From: an uncultured delta proteobacterium
Lineage (GTDB): Bacteria > Myxococcota_A > Polyangia > Polyangiales > Polyangiaceae
Reading direction: 5' to 3'
DNA: 64,000 bases
Assembly: GCA_963841435.1 (NCBI GenBank)
Contig: CAWJCS010000003.1
Location: forward strand, 1,472,001 to 1,536,000
The notes beneath the pieces were generated by a model. It saw only the letters and a program-made list of their open reading frames with translations. It searched no databases and was not told the DNA's origin. The translations under genes and the position numbers were made by a program. The first letter of the stretch is position 1. Every line of letters starts with the position of its first letter. Below are positions 43,349 to 54,123 of the stretch, piece after piece.

Positions 43349-44605
43349 CTATTCGTAGACGCACTGGTAAATCGAGTTCGTGAAGTTCTCTTGGCAGGTT
43401 CCCGCACTCGGTCCGGGGCCGCGACAGCCGCCGTCGTCGCAAAACCAGTGCACCCATCCGTAGGCGGACGCGGAGGCCGGGTTCGGCGGTGGCGCGGGGC
43501 CGCCCGAGTAGATCCACACGTAGCCGTTCACCGTGGTGCTGTTGCACGCCCAGGGGCCACCGCAGGTGTTGAAGGGCGCCGAGCCCTGCCCGCACCAGGC
43601 GTTGCAGGCCCGATCGGTCACGAGCTTCCAGTGATACGTGGCCGAGGACGCCATGCACGCGCCCATCTGGCAAACCTGGCCGCTCGGACAGGCGTTGAAG
43701 CAGGCGCCACAGTTGGCCGGGTCGGTCAGGACATTCCGCTCGCAACCATCGGCGGCGCTGCCGTTGCACTCGGCGTAGCCGCTCTTGCAAGCGTAGTTGC
43801 ACGCGCCGTCAGCGCACGCCGCCGTGGCATTCACGGGCGCCGCGCAGGCAGCGCCGCACATGCCGCAGTTTTGCGGGTCAACGTAGGTGTTCGTGCACAG
43901 GCCGGCACACTCGACGAGCCCCCCCTGACAGGACAGCACGCACGCGCCCCCGTCGCAGATTTCACCGGAGGCGCACGAAATGCCGCAGGCGCCGCAGTTT
44001 CGCCGATCGTTCGCGGGGTCCGCGCACGCACCCCCGCACTCCAGGAAGGCCCGCGGGCACACGAGCTCGCACGTGCCGCCACTGCAGACCTCGTCGGAGG
44101 CACACGAAATGCCGCAGCCGCCGCAGTTGCCGGGATCGACCGAGGGATTGACGCATGCGAAGCCGCACACCGCGAGACCCGGCGGGCACACGCTGCCCGT
44201 GCCCGCGGCACCGGCGGGGTAACCGCCGACGCCACCCCGACCACCGCTCGCGCCGACGCCACCGCTCGCACCGACACCACCAGTCGCAGCGACGCCACCG
44301 CTCGCACCGACGCCACCGCTCGCACCGACGCCACCGCTCGCAGCGACGCCACCGCTCGCGCCGACACCACCAGTCGCAGCGACGCCACCGCTCGCGCCGA
44401 CACCACCAGTCGCAGCGACGCCACCGCTCGCGCCGACACCACCGCTCGCCCCAACGCCACCGCGGCCACCCGTTCCACCGGCACCCGGAGCCCCACCGCT
44501 ACCGTCCCCCGAGGTCCCCGACGTGCCACCCTCGGTGTAGACGGACTGACCACCGCACGCATAAAACCAAACGAGCGCAAATAGAGGAAAAAGCTTCCGT
44601 CCCAC
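43349..44605 (-). CDS. Cys-rich repeat lipoprotein with Gly-rich linker
   Basis: WFYAC lipobox; GGVGAS/GGVAAT repeats; repeated DPxNCGxCG..C units. Confidence 0.85.
   Translation of the reverse strand: MGRKLFPLFALVWFYACGGQSVYTEGGTSGTSGDGSGGAPGAGGTGGRGGVGASGGVGASGGVAATGGVGASGGVAATGGVGASGGVAASGGVGASGGVGASGGVAATGGVGASGGVGASGGRGGVGGYPAGAAGTGSVCPPGLAVCGFACVNPSVDPGNCGGCGISCASDEVCSGGTCELVCPRAFLECGGACADPANDRRNCGACGISCASGEICDGGACVLSCQGGLVECAGLCTNTYVDPQNCGMCGAACAAPVNATAACADGACNYACKSGYAECNGSAADGCERNVLTDPANCGACFNACPSGQVCQMGACMASSATYHWKLVTDRACNAWCGQGSAPFNTCGGPWACNSTTVNGYVWIYSGGPAPPPNPASASAYGWVHWFCDDGGCRGPGPSAGTCQENFTNSIYQCVYE
44240..44462 (-). repeat. 18-bp coding tandem repeat, about 12 units
   Basis: Unit GACGCCACCGCTCGCACC and variants on the + strand, encoding GGVGAS/GGVAAT. 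Confidence 0.9.
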
Positions 44606-44712
44606 GCCCGTGGAAGCGTAGCACGCTCGACGAAGAGCCGGAAAAAAGGCTCAACGCTGTCCCCGGCCCCCCCCGGGCGCCCGACGGATTTCTGCTACTC
44701 TCCGCCGCCGTC

Positions 44713-45843
44713 ATGCCGGAGCTCAGCGAGGAGATTTCGAAGATACCCGCGCACGTCCGGGCGCGGCTCGACTTGTACGGTTTCGACGAGGCCCGTCTCG
44801 CGCGCCTCGGGGAGCGACTGCAGCGCGGTGCCGACGACACCGGCGTCGTCACGGGGCGCGTCGAGCCCCCCGCGCCGGCGGACGTCGCGAAGCTGCCGGC
44901 GCCCGGTACGAAAGAGCGCGCCGAGCTCGAGGCGCTAGGCGCCTCGGCCCTCGCCGCGGGAAAGGTGGCACTCGTCGTGCTCGCCGGCGGCATGGCAACG
45001 CGCATGGGCGGTGTCGTCAAGGCGCTCGTCGAAGCGCTCCCGGGCAAGACCTTCCTCGACCTCAGGCTGATGGAAACCGAGGCGATCGAAGAGCAGCACG
45101 GCGCGCCGCCGCCGCTCTGGCTCATGACGAGCGCCGCCACGCACGGCGGCATCCGTGAAGCCCTCGGCGACAAGCACGACGGCGACCAGGTCGCCACGTT
45201 CACGCAGGAGCTATCACTGCGACTCACGCCGGACGGCGGTCTCTTCGTCGACGAATCCGGCCACCCGAGCGAGCACGCGCCGGGCCACGGCGACCTGCCC
45301 GATGCGCTCAAGCGCAGCGGCCTTTTGGCTCGCTTCGTCGAGCGAGGCGGCCACACGTTGATGCTGACCAACCTCGACAACCTCGGTGGCACGCTCGACC
45401 CGGCGGTGATCGGCTTTCACCTCTCGCATGGCGCCGACGTGACCTCGGAGGTCGTCAGCAAGGTCGCCGACGATCGGGGCGGCATTCCGGTGCGCGTCAA
45501 CGGGCGGCTGCGCGTGCTCGAGGAGTTTCGCCTGCCACCGAGCTTCGACCCCAAGCAGGTCTCGGTGTTCAACACGAACGTGTTTCACGTCAACGCGCAG
45601 GCCCTGCTCGACCTCCAGATGGACTGGAGCTTTTACACCGTCAAAAAGCGCGTCGGCGAGCAACAGGTCGTCCAGTTCGAGCGCATCCTCAACGAAATCA
45701 CCGACGAGCTCAAAACCGTGTACCTGCACCTGCCACGAACCGGCCCCGAAGCGCGCTTCTTACCCGTCAAGGATCCCGAGGAGCTCGAGCGGCGACGCGA
45801 AGAGATCGCAGTCGTGGCGCGAGCCCGGGGGATCCTGCCGTGA
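44713..45843 (+). CDS. UTP-sugar-1-phosphate uridylyltransferase, UDPGP family (eukaryote-like type)
   Basis: LAGGMATRMG..VK, LMTS, F.Q, PGHGD, NLDNLG, FNTN, QFER, RFLPVK. Confidence 0.88.
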   Translation: MPELSEEISKIPAHVRARLDLYGFDEARLARLGERLQRGADDTGVVTGRVEPPAPADVAKLPAPGTKERAELEALGASALAAGKVALVVLAGGMATRMGGVVKALVEALPGKTFLDLRLMETEAIEEQHGAPPPLWLMTSAATHGGIREALGDKHDGDQVATFTQELSLRLTPDGGLFVDESGHPSEHAPGHGDLPDALKRSGLLARFVERGGHTLMLTNLDNLGGTLDPAVIGFHLSHGADVTSEVVSKVADDRGGIPVRVNGRLRVLEEFRLPPSFDPKQVSVFNTNVFHVNAQALLDLQMDWSFYTVKKRVGEQQVVQFERILNEITDELKTVYLHLPRTGPEARFLPVKDPEELERRREEIAVVARARGILP

Positions 45844-48362
45844 GCGCGCTACGCTGGCTTTTCGGCGCGGCGATTCTTCTCGCCGCCGTGCCGGCGAGCG
45901 CGCAGCTCGTCGTCGACCGCCCGACGCCGCTGCCCGCGTTCGCGCGCAGCCTCGTGACCTCGGAGGACTCGACGTCGCTCGTGCAGAACCCGGCGAATCT
46001 GTCGCTGCTCCCGGGCGCCGAGTTTCGCTGGCAAGCCGTGTACCTCGACGAGCAATCGCAGGTGCCCTACCAGGGCCACTCGTTCGCGCTCGCCGCGCCC
46101 GTGCCCCTGCTCGATTTCGGCCTCGGTTTGCGGCTCGACCTCGTGGCCCCGCCGAGCGGTGACCCGCCGGCCCGCTACGGCTCCCACTCGCGCTACCAGT
46201 GGATCACGGCGGGCATCGCGAAGGGCGCAGGTCGCGCCGGCGCGCTCGGCGCGACCTTCCAGCACGCCTACTCCGAGAGCCGGCTGCTCGACAGCCTCGA
46301 TTCGTTCACGCTCGGGTACACGGCGCGTCCGGTCAACCAACTCGGGCTGGCCTTCGTGGGCCACGACCTCAACGCGCCGCACAGCCGTGGCGGCGGCTTC
46401 CTGTCGCGCTCGTACGAGCTCGGCGTCGCGATCCGGCCACTTTCGACCGCCGCGCTCGAGATCGGGCTCGAGGGAAAGTTCATCGACGCGGCGGACCCGT
46501 ACTGGATCCCACGCGCGACGCTCGGCATCGACATCCCGACGCTCGGACGGCTGCGGGGCGAGGTCTCCGTCAGCGACCCCGACGACCGGGCGCAACACCG
46601 TGCCTGGCTCGCCGCCGCCGAGCTCGCCGTCTCGTTCAACGGCGCGACGGGCGGGATGGAGCTTGCTGCTGGCTCGATCTTCGGCAACGGCCTCGGCCCG
46701 AACGTGCCGAAGTGGGCGGCCGCGAACCTCACGACGGAAGTCGCGTTCCGGAGCTATCGCACGGCAGTGGCTTCCGAGGCGCCCTACCACGCGGTCCGCA
46801 TTCGCATCGAAGACACGCCCGGCACGCGCGAGCACGTCGCGCTGCTCGAGCACCTCTGGGATCTCGCGGACAGCGAGCCGAGCGTCGCGGCCGTCGTGCT
46901 CGAGCTGCGCACGGCGCCGGGCCAGTCCTTCGCGCACGTGCAGGAGCTGCGCGACGCGATCTGGCACCTCCGGCAGCGCGGTAAGCGCGTGCTCTGCCAC
47001 CTCGAGGACGCCGACGGCGCCTCGCTCTATCTGTGCGCGGCCGCGAGCCGCATCCTCGTCAATCCCGCGGGCGGTATCCGCTTCGCGGGCCTGCGCACGC
47101 GCTATTTCTACCTCAAGAGCCTGCTCGACAAGCTCGGCGTGCGGGCCGACTTCGTGCGCATCGGCGCCCACAAGAGCGCCCCGGAAATGTTCACGCGCGA
47201 CGCCGCAAGCGACGTGGCGCGCGCCGACAAGATCGACCTCTTGCAGCAATTCGAACGGCACGTGATGCTGTCGCTCGCGGGGGGACGACACATCGGCGTC
47301 GCGACGCTGCGCGAGCGCATCGCCAAGGGGCCGTTCATCGCCGAGGAGGCACGCGCCGCGGGTCTCGTCGACGGTTTCGCGTTCGACGACGAGCTGGAAG
47401 CCGAGGTACAGAAGCTCGCGGGCTTCTCGCTCAAGCTGATCGACGACGACGACCGCGCGCCGCGCGCGTCCAACGACTTCGGCGTCGGTCGCTCCGTCGC
47501 CATCGTCTACGTGGATGGCGACATGGTCGACGGCCGCAGCCAGTACATTCCCGGCATCGGCATTCGCACCGTCGGGTCCTACACCATCGCCGATAGCCTC
47601 AAGCGGGCTCGCGAGGACCAGCGCGTGGCCGCCGTCGTGCTTCGCATCGAGTCGGGCGGCGGCAGCGCCATGGCCGCCGACGTGATGTGGCGCCAGGTTC
47701 AGCTCACGGCGCGCGTGAAGCCGGTCGTCGTGAGCATGGGGAGCGCCGCGGCGAGCGGCGGCTACTACATCGCCACGCCGGCGACGCGCGTGTTCGCGAA
47801 CCCCCTCACCATCACGGGAAGCATCGGCATCTTCTACGGCAAGGCGGACGTCGCCGAGCTCTTGCGCAAGATCGGCGTCACGGTCGAGGTCTACAAGACG
47901 GCACCGCGCGCCGACGCCGAGTCGATTTTCCGTCCCTTCACCGACGAGGAGCGCACGGAGCTCGAGCACAAGGTGGCGCAGTTTTACGACATGTTCCTGT
48001 CGCGTGTCGCCGAGGGCCGGCATCTCGAGAAGGCGGCCGTCGATGCCGTCGGGCAGGGCCGCGTGTGGACCGGCGAGCAGGCGTTCTCGCGCAAGCTCGT
48101 GGATGAGATCGGCGGGTTGCGCCAGGCGCTCGCCGAGGCACGCCGCCTCGGCAACCTGCCGGAAAGCGCGCCCATCGTCGAGCTGCCGCCGCCCGAGGGC
48201 AGCCTGCTCGGCAAGCTCCTCGGCATCGAAGGCGTGAGCGCCGACTCGAAGCTCATCTTGCCGCCGGCCGTGATGGACCTCGCGCGCGCGCTCGCTCCGT
48301 TCGCCTTTTACCCCGCGGACCGGCCGCTCGCGCGCCTGGAGCTTCTGCCCGTCGTCGAGTGA
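45840..48362 (+). CDS. sppA: Signal peptide peptidase SppA with long N-terminal beta-rich extension
   Basis: Tandem S49 domains: HKSAPE (Lys), ESGGGSA, SMGSAAASGGYY (Ser), TGSIG, GRVWTG, LVDEIGGL. Confidence 0.9.
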   Translation: MSALRWLFGAAILLAAVPASAQLVVDRPTPLPAFARSLVTSEDSTSLVQNPANLSLLPGAEFRWQAVYLDEQSQVPYQGHSFALAAPVPLLDFGLGLRLDLVAPPSGDPPARYGSHSRYQWITAGIAKGAGRAGALGATFQHAYSESRLLDSLDSFTLGYTARPVNQLGLAFVGHDLNAPHSRGGGFLSRSYELGVAIRPLSTAALEIGLEGKFIDAADPYWIPRATLGIDIPTLGRLRGEVSVSDPDDRAQHRAWLAAAELAVSFNGATGGMELAAGSIFGNGLGPNVPKWAAANLTTEVAFRSYRTAVASEAPYHAVRIRIEDTPGTREHVALLEHLWDLADSEPSVAAVVLELRTAPGQSFAHVQELRDAIWHLRQRGKRVLCHLEDADGASLYLCAAASRILVNPAGGIRFAGLRTRYFYLKSLLDKLGVRADFVRIGAHKSAPEMFTRDAASDVARADKIDLLQQFERHVMLSLAGGRHIGVATLRERIAKGPFIAEEARAAGLVDGFAFDDELEAEVQKLAGFSLKLIDDDDRAPRASNDFGVGRSVAIVYVDGDMVDGRSQYIPGIGIRTVGSYTIADSLKRAREDQRVAAVVLRIESGGGSAMAADVMWRQVQLTARVKPVVVSMGSAAASGGYYIATPATRVFANPLTITGSIGIFYGKADVAELLRKIGVTVEVYKTAPRADAESIFRPFTDEERTELEHKVAQFYDMFLSRVAEGRHLEKAAVDAVGQGRVWTGEQAFSRKLVDEIGGLRQALAEARRLGNLPESAPIVELPPPEGSLLGKLLGIEGVSADSKLILPPAVMDLARALAPFAFYPADRPLARLELLPVVE

Positions 48363-49300
48363 GCGAAAGGTCCAGGGTGCTCGAGGCCGACGCTCAGAAG
48401 CCGCTCCTCTTGCTCGAGGGCGCGTGCATCGAAGCCGGGGGCGTTCGTGGCGCACCGCTCGACGCTCGCGGCGGCAGCCGCCGACTGACGCTCGTCGGCG
48501 ATTTCCGGCCCCTCTTCCGGCTGCTCACCGCGAACGCCACGCTCACCGCGGGTCGTGCGGAGCTTTACGGCGTCCCCGTGCGAGAAGCGGCGCGCACCGG
48601 CTTCGCGGGCGTCGCGCTCCTGGACCCGCCGCTCGTCAACGACTTCACGCTCGAGCGCTACCTCGACGAAAGCGCGAGGCTGCTCGGGCTCGACGCGCCG
48701 GAGGCGTCGCGCGCCACCCAGGCCGTCATCGAGGCCCTCGAGCTCGGCCCCTTCGCGCGCCATCGGTTGGGTCGCGCCCACCCGGCGCTCCGACAGCGTG
48801 TCCCGATCGCCCAGGCCTTGCTCGGGACACCCGAGGTCGTGTGTCTCGAAGCGCCGTTTTCCGGGCTCGACCCGGCGACTGGAAGCGCGACGGGCGTCAC
48901 CCTGGAGCGAGCGCTCGGCGCGGCGCGGCTCGTGCTCGGGCTGCGCTCCCTCCCGTCCGAGGGCGTCGAGCGCGCGTGGCTCGAGCGATCCGACTGGGTG
49001 ATGGTCGAAGCAGCAGGGCGCATCGTCGAGCAGGGGCCCCCCGGGAAAGTGCTGGGCAGAGCGCTGCGCTACGTGGCGATCCTCACACGCGGTCGCGAGG
49101 CATTCGTTTCGGCGCTCGCCGCGCGCGGCATCTCGGTCCCGCCCGGCGCGATCACCCCCCTGCCCACGCCACCCGACGCGCCTCCCGGGGCGGCTCCGTT
49201 CGAAATCTTCATCGAGCTTCCGCCCGGCAAGGACGTGAGCGACGTGGTGTCGGCCGCGTCCGAGGCGGGCACCCCGCTCGTCGAGCTCACGGCGTCCTGA
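48359..49300 (+). CDS. Degenerate ABC-ATPase-like protein
   Basis: ABC-like layout (IAQALLGTPEVVCLEAPFSGLDP, GRIVEQGP) but Walker A, LSGGQ and the Walker B Asp are missing. Confidence 0.6.
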   Translation: MSERSRVLEADAQKPLLLLEGACIEAGGVRGAPLDARGGSRRLTLVGDFRPLFRLLTANATLTAGRAELYGVPVREAARTGFAGVALLDPPLVNDFTLERYLDESARLLGLDAPEASRATQAVIEALELGPFARHRLGRAHPALRQRVPIAQALLGTPEVVCLEAPFSGLDPATGSATGVTLERALGAARLVLGLRSLPSEGVERAWLERSDWVMVEAAGRIVEQGPPGKVLGRALRYVAILTRGREAFVSALAARGISVPPGAITPLPTPPDAPPGAAPFEIFIELPPGKDVSDVVSAASEAGTPLVELTAS

Positions 49301-50321
49301 ACGCTCGCCGCCTCACGCCGAAGAGCACCCCGAGCCCGAGCACGGAGAGAAGCACGAGCGGGCGCTCCGCCGGCGGCCCGTGCGACATCGAGCAAACGAT
49401 GCCCGTGATGGCTCCCTGGGGTGCCCCGTTCACGCTGTACGTGGCGGCGTGCTCATCGTCGCAGTCGACGCTGCCGTCGTACGTGACGATCACGGTGTCG
49501 CCCGAATGATTTTCGAGCACGGTGTTGCCGGAGGCGGGCTGCCCCGAGCACACGGCGTCATCGGCGACCTCCTTAGTCGTCGTCGCGTCGACGGTGCCCA
49601 CCGGGCCCGTGCCGCCCTCGCGCGTCACGACGCCCGTGCCCGTCCACACGCTGCGCGCGCCGTAATCACCGCTCACGGCGCCGAAGTAATCGATGGTCGT
49701 CGTCACGTCGGCACGGTGAACGATGCTGAGCGAGAAATCGTACTCGCCGACATCGACGAACGTGATCTGCGCGTTCCCGTTGCGCACGTCGCCGCTCGCA
49801 CCGACGCGCGTGCCGAAGTTGCGCAACGTGAGGCTCCGGTCACCATTCGCCGAGCGCTCCACGGTTGCGCTGCCGACCCACTCGGTGCCGGACACGTCGG
49901 TGCAACCGCCCTCGATGTCGAGCGTCGTGCCGTCGTCCGTCGTCACGGGGCAGCTCGGATCGCCGAAGGCCTCCTGCCCGTCCGCCACCGCGAACGGCTG
50001 GTACACGTTGACGTAAACGGCGAGGGCGCTCGCCGTCGTGGCCCAGAGGCGCACAGCGTCGATGTCGTCGAAGGAAACCGAGTCGGCGCCGCCTTCCCCT
50101 GCAGCCGCTCCGGCGTCGCCAGCTCCGCCACCCTGCGCGCCTGCGCCGCCGCCGCTGCCCCGTCCGGCGCTTCCGCCGCTACCCCCGCTGCCGGAGCCGC
50201 CGCCGCGTCCGCCGCTGGCCGCGCCTCCGCTTTCGGGCGTGACGTGAGCGTCGTCCTTGCCGCAGCCGTTCGCGAGCGCGACGGCGGGCATGAAGAGCGC
50301 GAGCCAAAGCCAGTGCCTCAT
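49287..50321 (-). CDS. Lipoprotein with MYXO-CTERM-like C-terminal anchor
   Basis: ALANGC lipobox; C-terminus CSMSHGPPAERPLVLLSVLGLGVLFGVRRR. Confidence 0.75.
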   Translation of the reverse strand: MRHWLWLALFMPAVALANGCGKDDAHVTPESGGAASGGRGGGSGSGGSGGSAGRGSGGGAGAQGGGAGDAGAAAGEGGADSVSFDDIDAVRLWATTASALAVYVNVYQPFAVADGQEAFGDPSCPVTTDDGTTLDIEGGCTDVSGTEWVGSATVERSANGDRSLTLRNFGTRVGASGDVRNGNAQITFVDVGEYDFSLSIVHRADVTTTIDYFGAVSGDYGARSVWTGTGVVTREGGTGPVGTVDATTTKEVADDAVCSGQPASGNTVLENHSGDTVIVTYDGSVDCDDEHAATYSVNGAPQGAITGIVCSMSHGPPAERPLVLLSVLGLGVLFGVRRRAFRTP

Positions 50322-50381
50322 CGAAGTGTCTCCTCGCGAGGCCGGAGCAGGGCGCCCCTGCTCGGACTCGCTGCCCGAAGG

Positions 50382-51242
50382 TTAGTCTCGAACCAAGCGG
50401 GGTCCAAAGAAATGCTCGCTACCCGGGTCGGCCGCGGGCTTTCGTCCCGTTCGCTGCAACGTGGGCGCGCGAGCCCCGAGGTCGGCTTCCTTGAAGAACT
50501 CGAGCACGGCCGGTCGCGTCACGAGGTGCGAGATGCGCTCGGCGCCGATGCGCGAAGGCAAAACGACGCGGTTTGCGCCCGCCTGCATGAGCTTCGGCTC
50601 CACACCGTGCTCTTCGCCGCGCGCGACGATGAAGAGATTGGGGCGCAGCTGGCGAGCCGTGAGCGTGATGAACACGTTCATCGCGTCGTTCGAGAGCACG
50701 CTGGCGAGCGCCCGCGCTCGGGCCAAACCGGCCGACGTGAGCGCCTCGTTCTGCGAGGCGTCGCCATGCACCACCAGGTGGCCCGCCGCGCGTGCGGCGT
50801 CGCAGCGCTCCTGGTCGGTTTCGACCACGCCGACCTGCACCCGAGCACCGACCAGCTCCTCGCACACGACGTGCCCGATTCGCCCGAAGCCGCAAACGAT
50901 GGCGTGGTCCTTGAGCGCTTCCAATTCCTTGTCCATGCGACTCCTTCCGAGCACCTTCTGGAGCTGCCCCTCCGCGATCATCCGAAAAAGCCCGCTCGTG
51001 ATGTAGACGAGCGACGAACAGCCCCCGATGATCACGAACATCGTGAAGATCCCGAGCGCCGGGTCGAGCTCGCGCACTTCGCCGTAGCCCACGGAGAAGA
51101 CGGTGATCACCACCATGTAGAGCGCGTTGACGAGCGTGAATCCGGCGCGGACGTAGACCGCCGTGGACACGACGACGAGCAACACCAAAAAGGCGATGCC
51201 GCGAACGATGCGGCGGGACGCGGCGTCGAGCTTTCCGTACAT
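50382..51242 (-). CDS. Potassium channel protein with TrkA-N (RCK) domain
   Basis: Two TMs with ITVFSVGYGE filter; CGFGRIG, GDAS, GANRVVLP. Confidence 0.9.
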   Translation of the reverse strand: MYGKLDAASRRIVRGIAFLVLLVVVSTAVYVRAGFTLVNALYMVVITVFSVGYGEVRELDPALGIFTMFVIIGGCSSLVYITSGLFRMIAEGQLQKVLGRSRMDKELEALKDHAIVCGFGRIGHVVCEELVGARVQVGVVETDQERCDAARAAGHLVVHGDASQNEALTSAGLARARALASVLSNDAMNVFITLTARQLRPNLFIVARGEEHGVEPKLMQAGANRVVLPSRIGAERISHLVTRPAVLEFFKEADLGARAPTLQRTGRKPAADPGSEHFFGPRLVRD

Positions 51243-51301
51243 GAACCCGTCGTCGCCCTCGTCGAACGCGGGCGCCCGAAAGCCTCCGTCGGGCTCTGTT
51301 T

Positions 51302-52420
51302 CTAGAACGCTTCGCCGATCAGCACGTACAGGTTGGTGTCCCCGTCGCTGCTCAGCCCCACATCCAGGCGCGCGTTGATACCGTCCTCGGGGTTCAAGGC
51401 GACTCGCAGGCCCGGGCCACCCGCGAGCTTCACGTGGCCGAGGTCGAGCTCGCCCAGGCGCGGAGCGACCTCGCCAGCGCCGAGGAACCCACAAACGCCG
51501 AGGCGCCAGAAGAGGGGGACGCGATACTCGACCTGTGCGGACACCACGTGCCGATCGATGTAGCGCGAGGCCAGAAAGCCCCGCATCCTGCCGTCTCCAG
51601 CCAGCGCGCTCAGAAGCTGGAACGGGACGCTGCCGCCCGTGTGGCGCGAGTAGACCTGCACGGCGAGCACGCTACCGAAAGCCACTCGGAAGTACGACCG
51701 CAAGTCGAGGGCGAGCGCGAAGAAACCGAGTTGAGAGCCGAGCCACGTCGGATACGTCGTCCACGAGAGCTGGTAGCGCCCGCCGCGCGTCGGAAAGCCC
51801 TCGCTGTCGCGATCGTCCCAGCTCAAGAGCGGGCCCGCACCGAGCACGCGACCACCGCCCGCGCCGAGCACGCGGCCCGAGGCGAGCTCTCTGCCAGGCT
51901 CCACGCGGGTGATGTCCGACAAGCCGAGATCGATCTGGAAGCCCACGTAGAGCTCGCCCACGGCGCGCCATTCACCGATCGCGTCGAGGCCGAACGTGTG
52001 CTGCTGGAACGCTTCCGCGGAGCCCGCGGGGCTGTCGGGGCCGATAGCGTAGTAAGTGTCCGGAAATCGCGTCGCCACGACGCTCCCCCGCACGCGGTAG
52101 CGCCCCCCCTGCAAGTACAGCGTCGGCTCGAGCGACAGCACGAACTGCGATTTCAAAGAGTAGAGCGCCACGAGCCCGAGGCTCGAACGGCGAGGCGCCG
52201 GCGCGTCCGGCGCGCGCGGCGACGGAAAGTGGTAGGCGACGAAGCCGCCGAAGAACCAGCCCGTCTCCGGCGCGTGACCCGCGAGCGGGATCCCGCTCAG
52301 GCGAGCGGAATCGTCGGGCTTCGCCGGTGCCTCCCGCTCGGCGGCAGCGGCCGGCAGGGCGAAACAGGAGACGGCGACGCTGCACGCGAAGCGGGCGAGC
52401 ACGCGATGCCAGGCGCCCAT
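51302..52420 (-). CDS. Omp85/BamA-TamA family barrel protein without POTRA domains
   Basis: Signal peptide; MRGF loop motif, EYRVPL, GPGLR, C-terminal IGEAF. Confidence 0.85.
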   Translation of the reverse strand: MGAWHRVLARFACSVAVSCFALPAAAAEREAPAKPDDSARLSGIPLAGHAPETGWFFGGFVAYHFPSPRAPDAPAPRRSSLGLVALYSLKSQFVLSLEPTLYLQGGRYRVRGSVVATRFPDTYYAIGPDSPAGSAEAFQQHTFGLDAIGEWRAVGELYVGFQIDLGLSDITRVEPGRELASGRVLGAGGGRVLGAGPLLSWDDRDSEGFPTRGGRYQLSWTTYPTWLGSQLGFFALALDLRSYFRVAFGSVLAVQVYSRHTGGSVPFQLLSALAGDGRMRGFLASRYIDRHVVSAQVEYRVPLFWRLGVCGFLGAGEVAPRLGELDLGHVKLAGGPGLRVALNPEDGINARLDVGLSSDGDTNLYVLIGEAF

Positions 52421-52505
52421 GCCTCCGAGTAGGACGGCGTCGTTCCAGGTTCAACGTTTGCGGTGGACCCGCTGGGCGCACCGCGGCATCGTCGAACAGA
52501 CCGTG

Positions 52506-54096
52506 ATGCCCGCTCGCCCCGATCCGGAGGCACCCGCCAAACGCCACGAGCGACGCGGCCTGGTCCCGTGGACGCCCGGGCCGCACTTGCTAGCGGACGC
52601 ACGGGCGTTTCAGCAAGGCCGCGTCCGGCTCTACCTCGGGTTTTTGCTGGTCCTGTTCGGTGTCTCGTTCGCGATGGACAGCACGACCCTCTACCTCGAC
52701 CACGGGCCCCGCGGGCTCTTGGTTCCCGGGCACCTCGCCGTTTTCGGCCTGATCGTCGCGCTCACGCTGGGTTGGCTCGCCGCACGAACCGTGGAGCTGA
52801 CGGGCGCGGCGCTCGCCGGCCTCGAAATCGGGACCACGCTCGCAATTGCAGGCATTGCCGTCGTGGTGCTCCAGGCAGCCTCCAGCGAACAAGTGGCCGC
52901 GGGTCCCATGCTCGCGATGGCGCTCGCGCTCGTGGCGCGCGCGGCGATCGTGCCGAGCAGCGGGCTCCGCACGCTGCTCGTGGGCGGCCTCGTGAGCACG
53001 CTCACCGTCCTCGGCTATCAGTTGCGCCCGTGGGACGTCGGAAACTTCGCGCAGTTTACCGCACCGTGGATGGTCGCCTTCACGCTGGCGTCGTCGTTCG
53101 TCTCGCGCGCGATCTACGGGCTTCAGCAGCAGGTCCGCGAGGCGCACCAGCTCGGCCAGTACGTGCTCGAAGAGCGCCTCGGAGAGGGCGGCATGGGTGT
53201 CGTCTACCGGGCGAGCCACAAGCTGCTCCGCCGCCCCACGGCCGTGAAGCTGATGGCCAACGGCACGAGCGAGCGCGAGTCCAAGCGCTTCGAGCACGAG
53301 GTGCGCCAAACCGCACGGCTCACCCACCCGAACACGGTGACCGTGTACGACTACGGCCGCACCGTGGACGGCATCTTCTACTACGCAATGGAGCTTCTCC
53401 AGGGCGCAACCCTCGATGACGTCGTGGCCGTCGGCGGCCCCATGCCTCCGGCGCGTGTCCGGCGCGTGCTCGCCGCGATGGCCGGCGCCCTCGCGGAAGC
53501 GCACCTCGAAAAGCTCATCCACCGCGACATCAAGCCCGCCAACGTGATGCTCTGCGAGCAAGGCGGCGAGCTCGAACGTCGTCAAGGTGCTCGACTTCGG
53601 TCTCGTCAAGGACCTCAGCACCGACGCGGAGCTGACGCACGCGGGCGCCCTCACGGGCACGCCCGCGTTCATGTCGCCCGAATCGATCAAGGACCCGGCC
53701 GCCGTGGGCCCGGCGAGCGACCTCTATGCCGTCGGCGCCGTCGGCTACTTCCTGCTCACGGGCGTGCTCGTCTTCGAGGGCAAGACCATCGTCGAAGTGT
53801 GCGGCCACCACCTCATGACACCACCCGTGCCGCCTTCGGAGCGCCTGGGTCGAAAGCTGCCCGCGGGGCTCGAGTCACTCGTCATGGCCTGTCTCGAGAA
53901 GCCGCCCGAGCGACGCCCGGAGTCCGCGCTCGTGCTCCGCGACCGGCTCGCCCAGCTCGGCGACGTCGGCAGCTGGACCGACAGCGACGCTCGGGCGTGG
54001 TGGGAAGCGAATCGGGACGCCCTCAAGGCCGTCCCGCGCGGGTCGAGGAGCCCGGGGGCCGCCACGCTCGAGGTGGACCTTGGCGCTCGCAGCTGA
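52506..54096 (+). CDS. Membrane Ser/Thr protein kinase; frameshift at 53575-53576
   Basis: N-terminal TM bundle; LGEGGMG, TAVK, HRDIKPAN; DFGLVK and GTPAFMSPE are in the next frame. Confidence 0.88.
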
Positions 54097-54123
54097 CGCT
54101 CGCGCCCCGCTCCCGACGGGCAC

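Noticed and set aside
44240-44462. Regular short repeats resembling a CRISPR array
   Set aside because: In-frame 18-bp coding repeats with no unique spacers, and no cas genes nearby. The same applies to 34021-34174.
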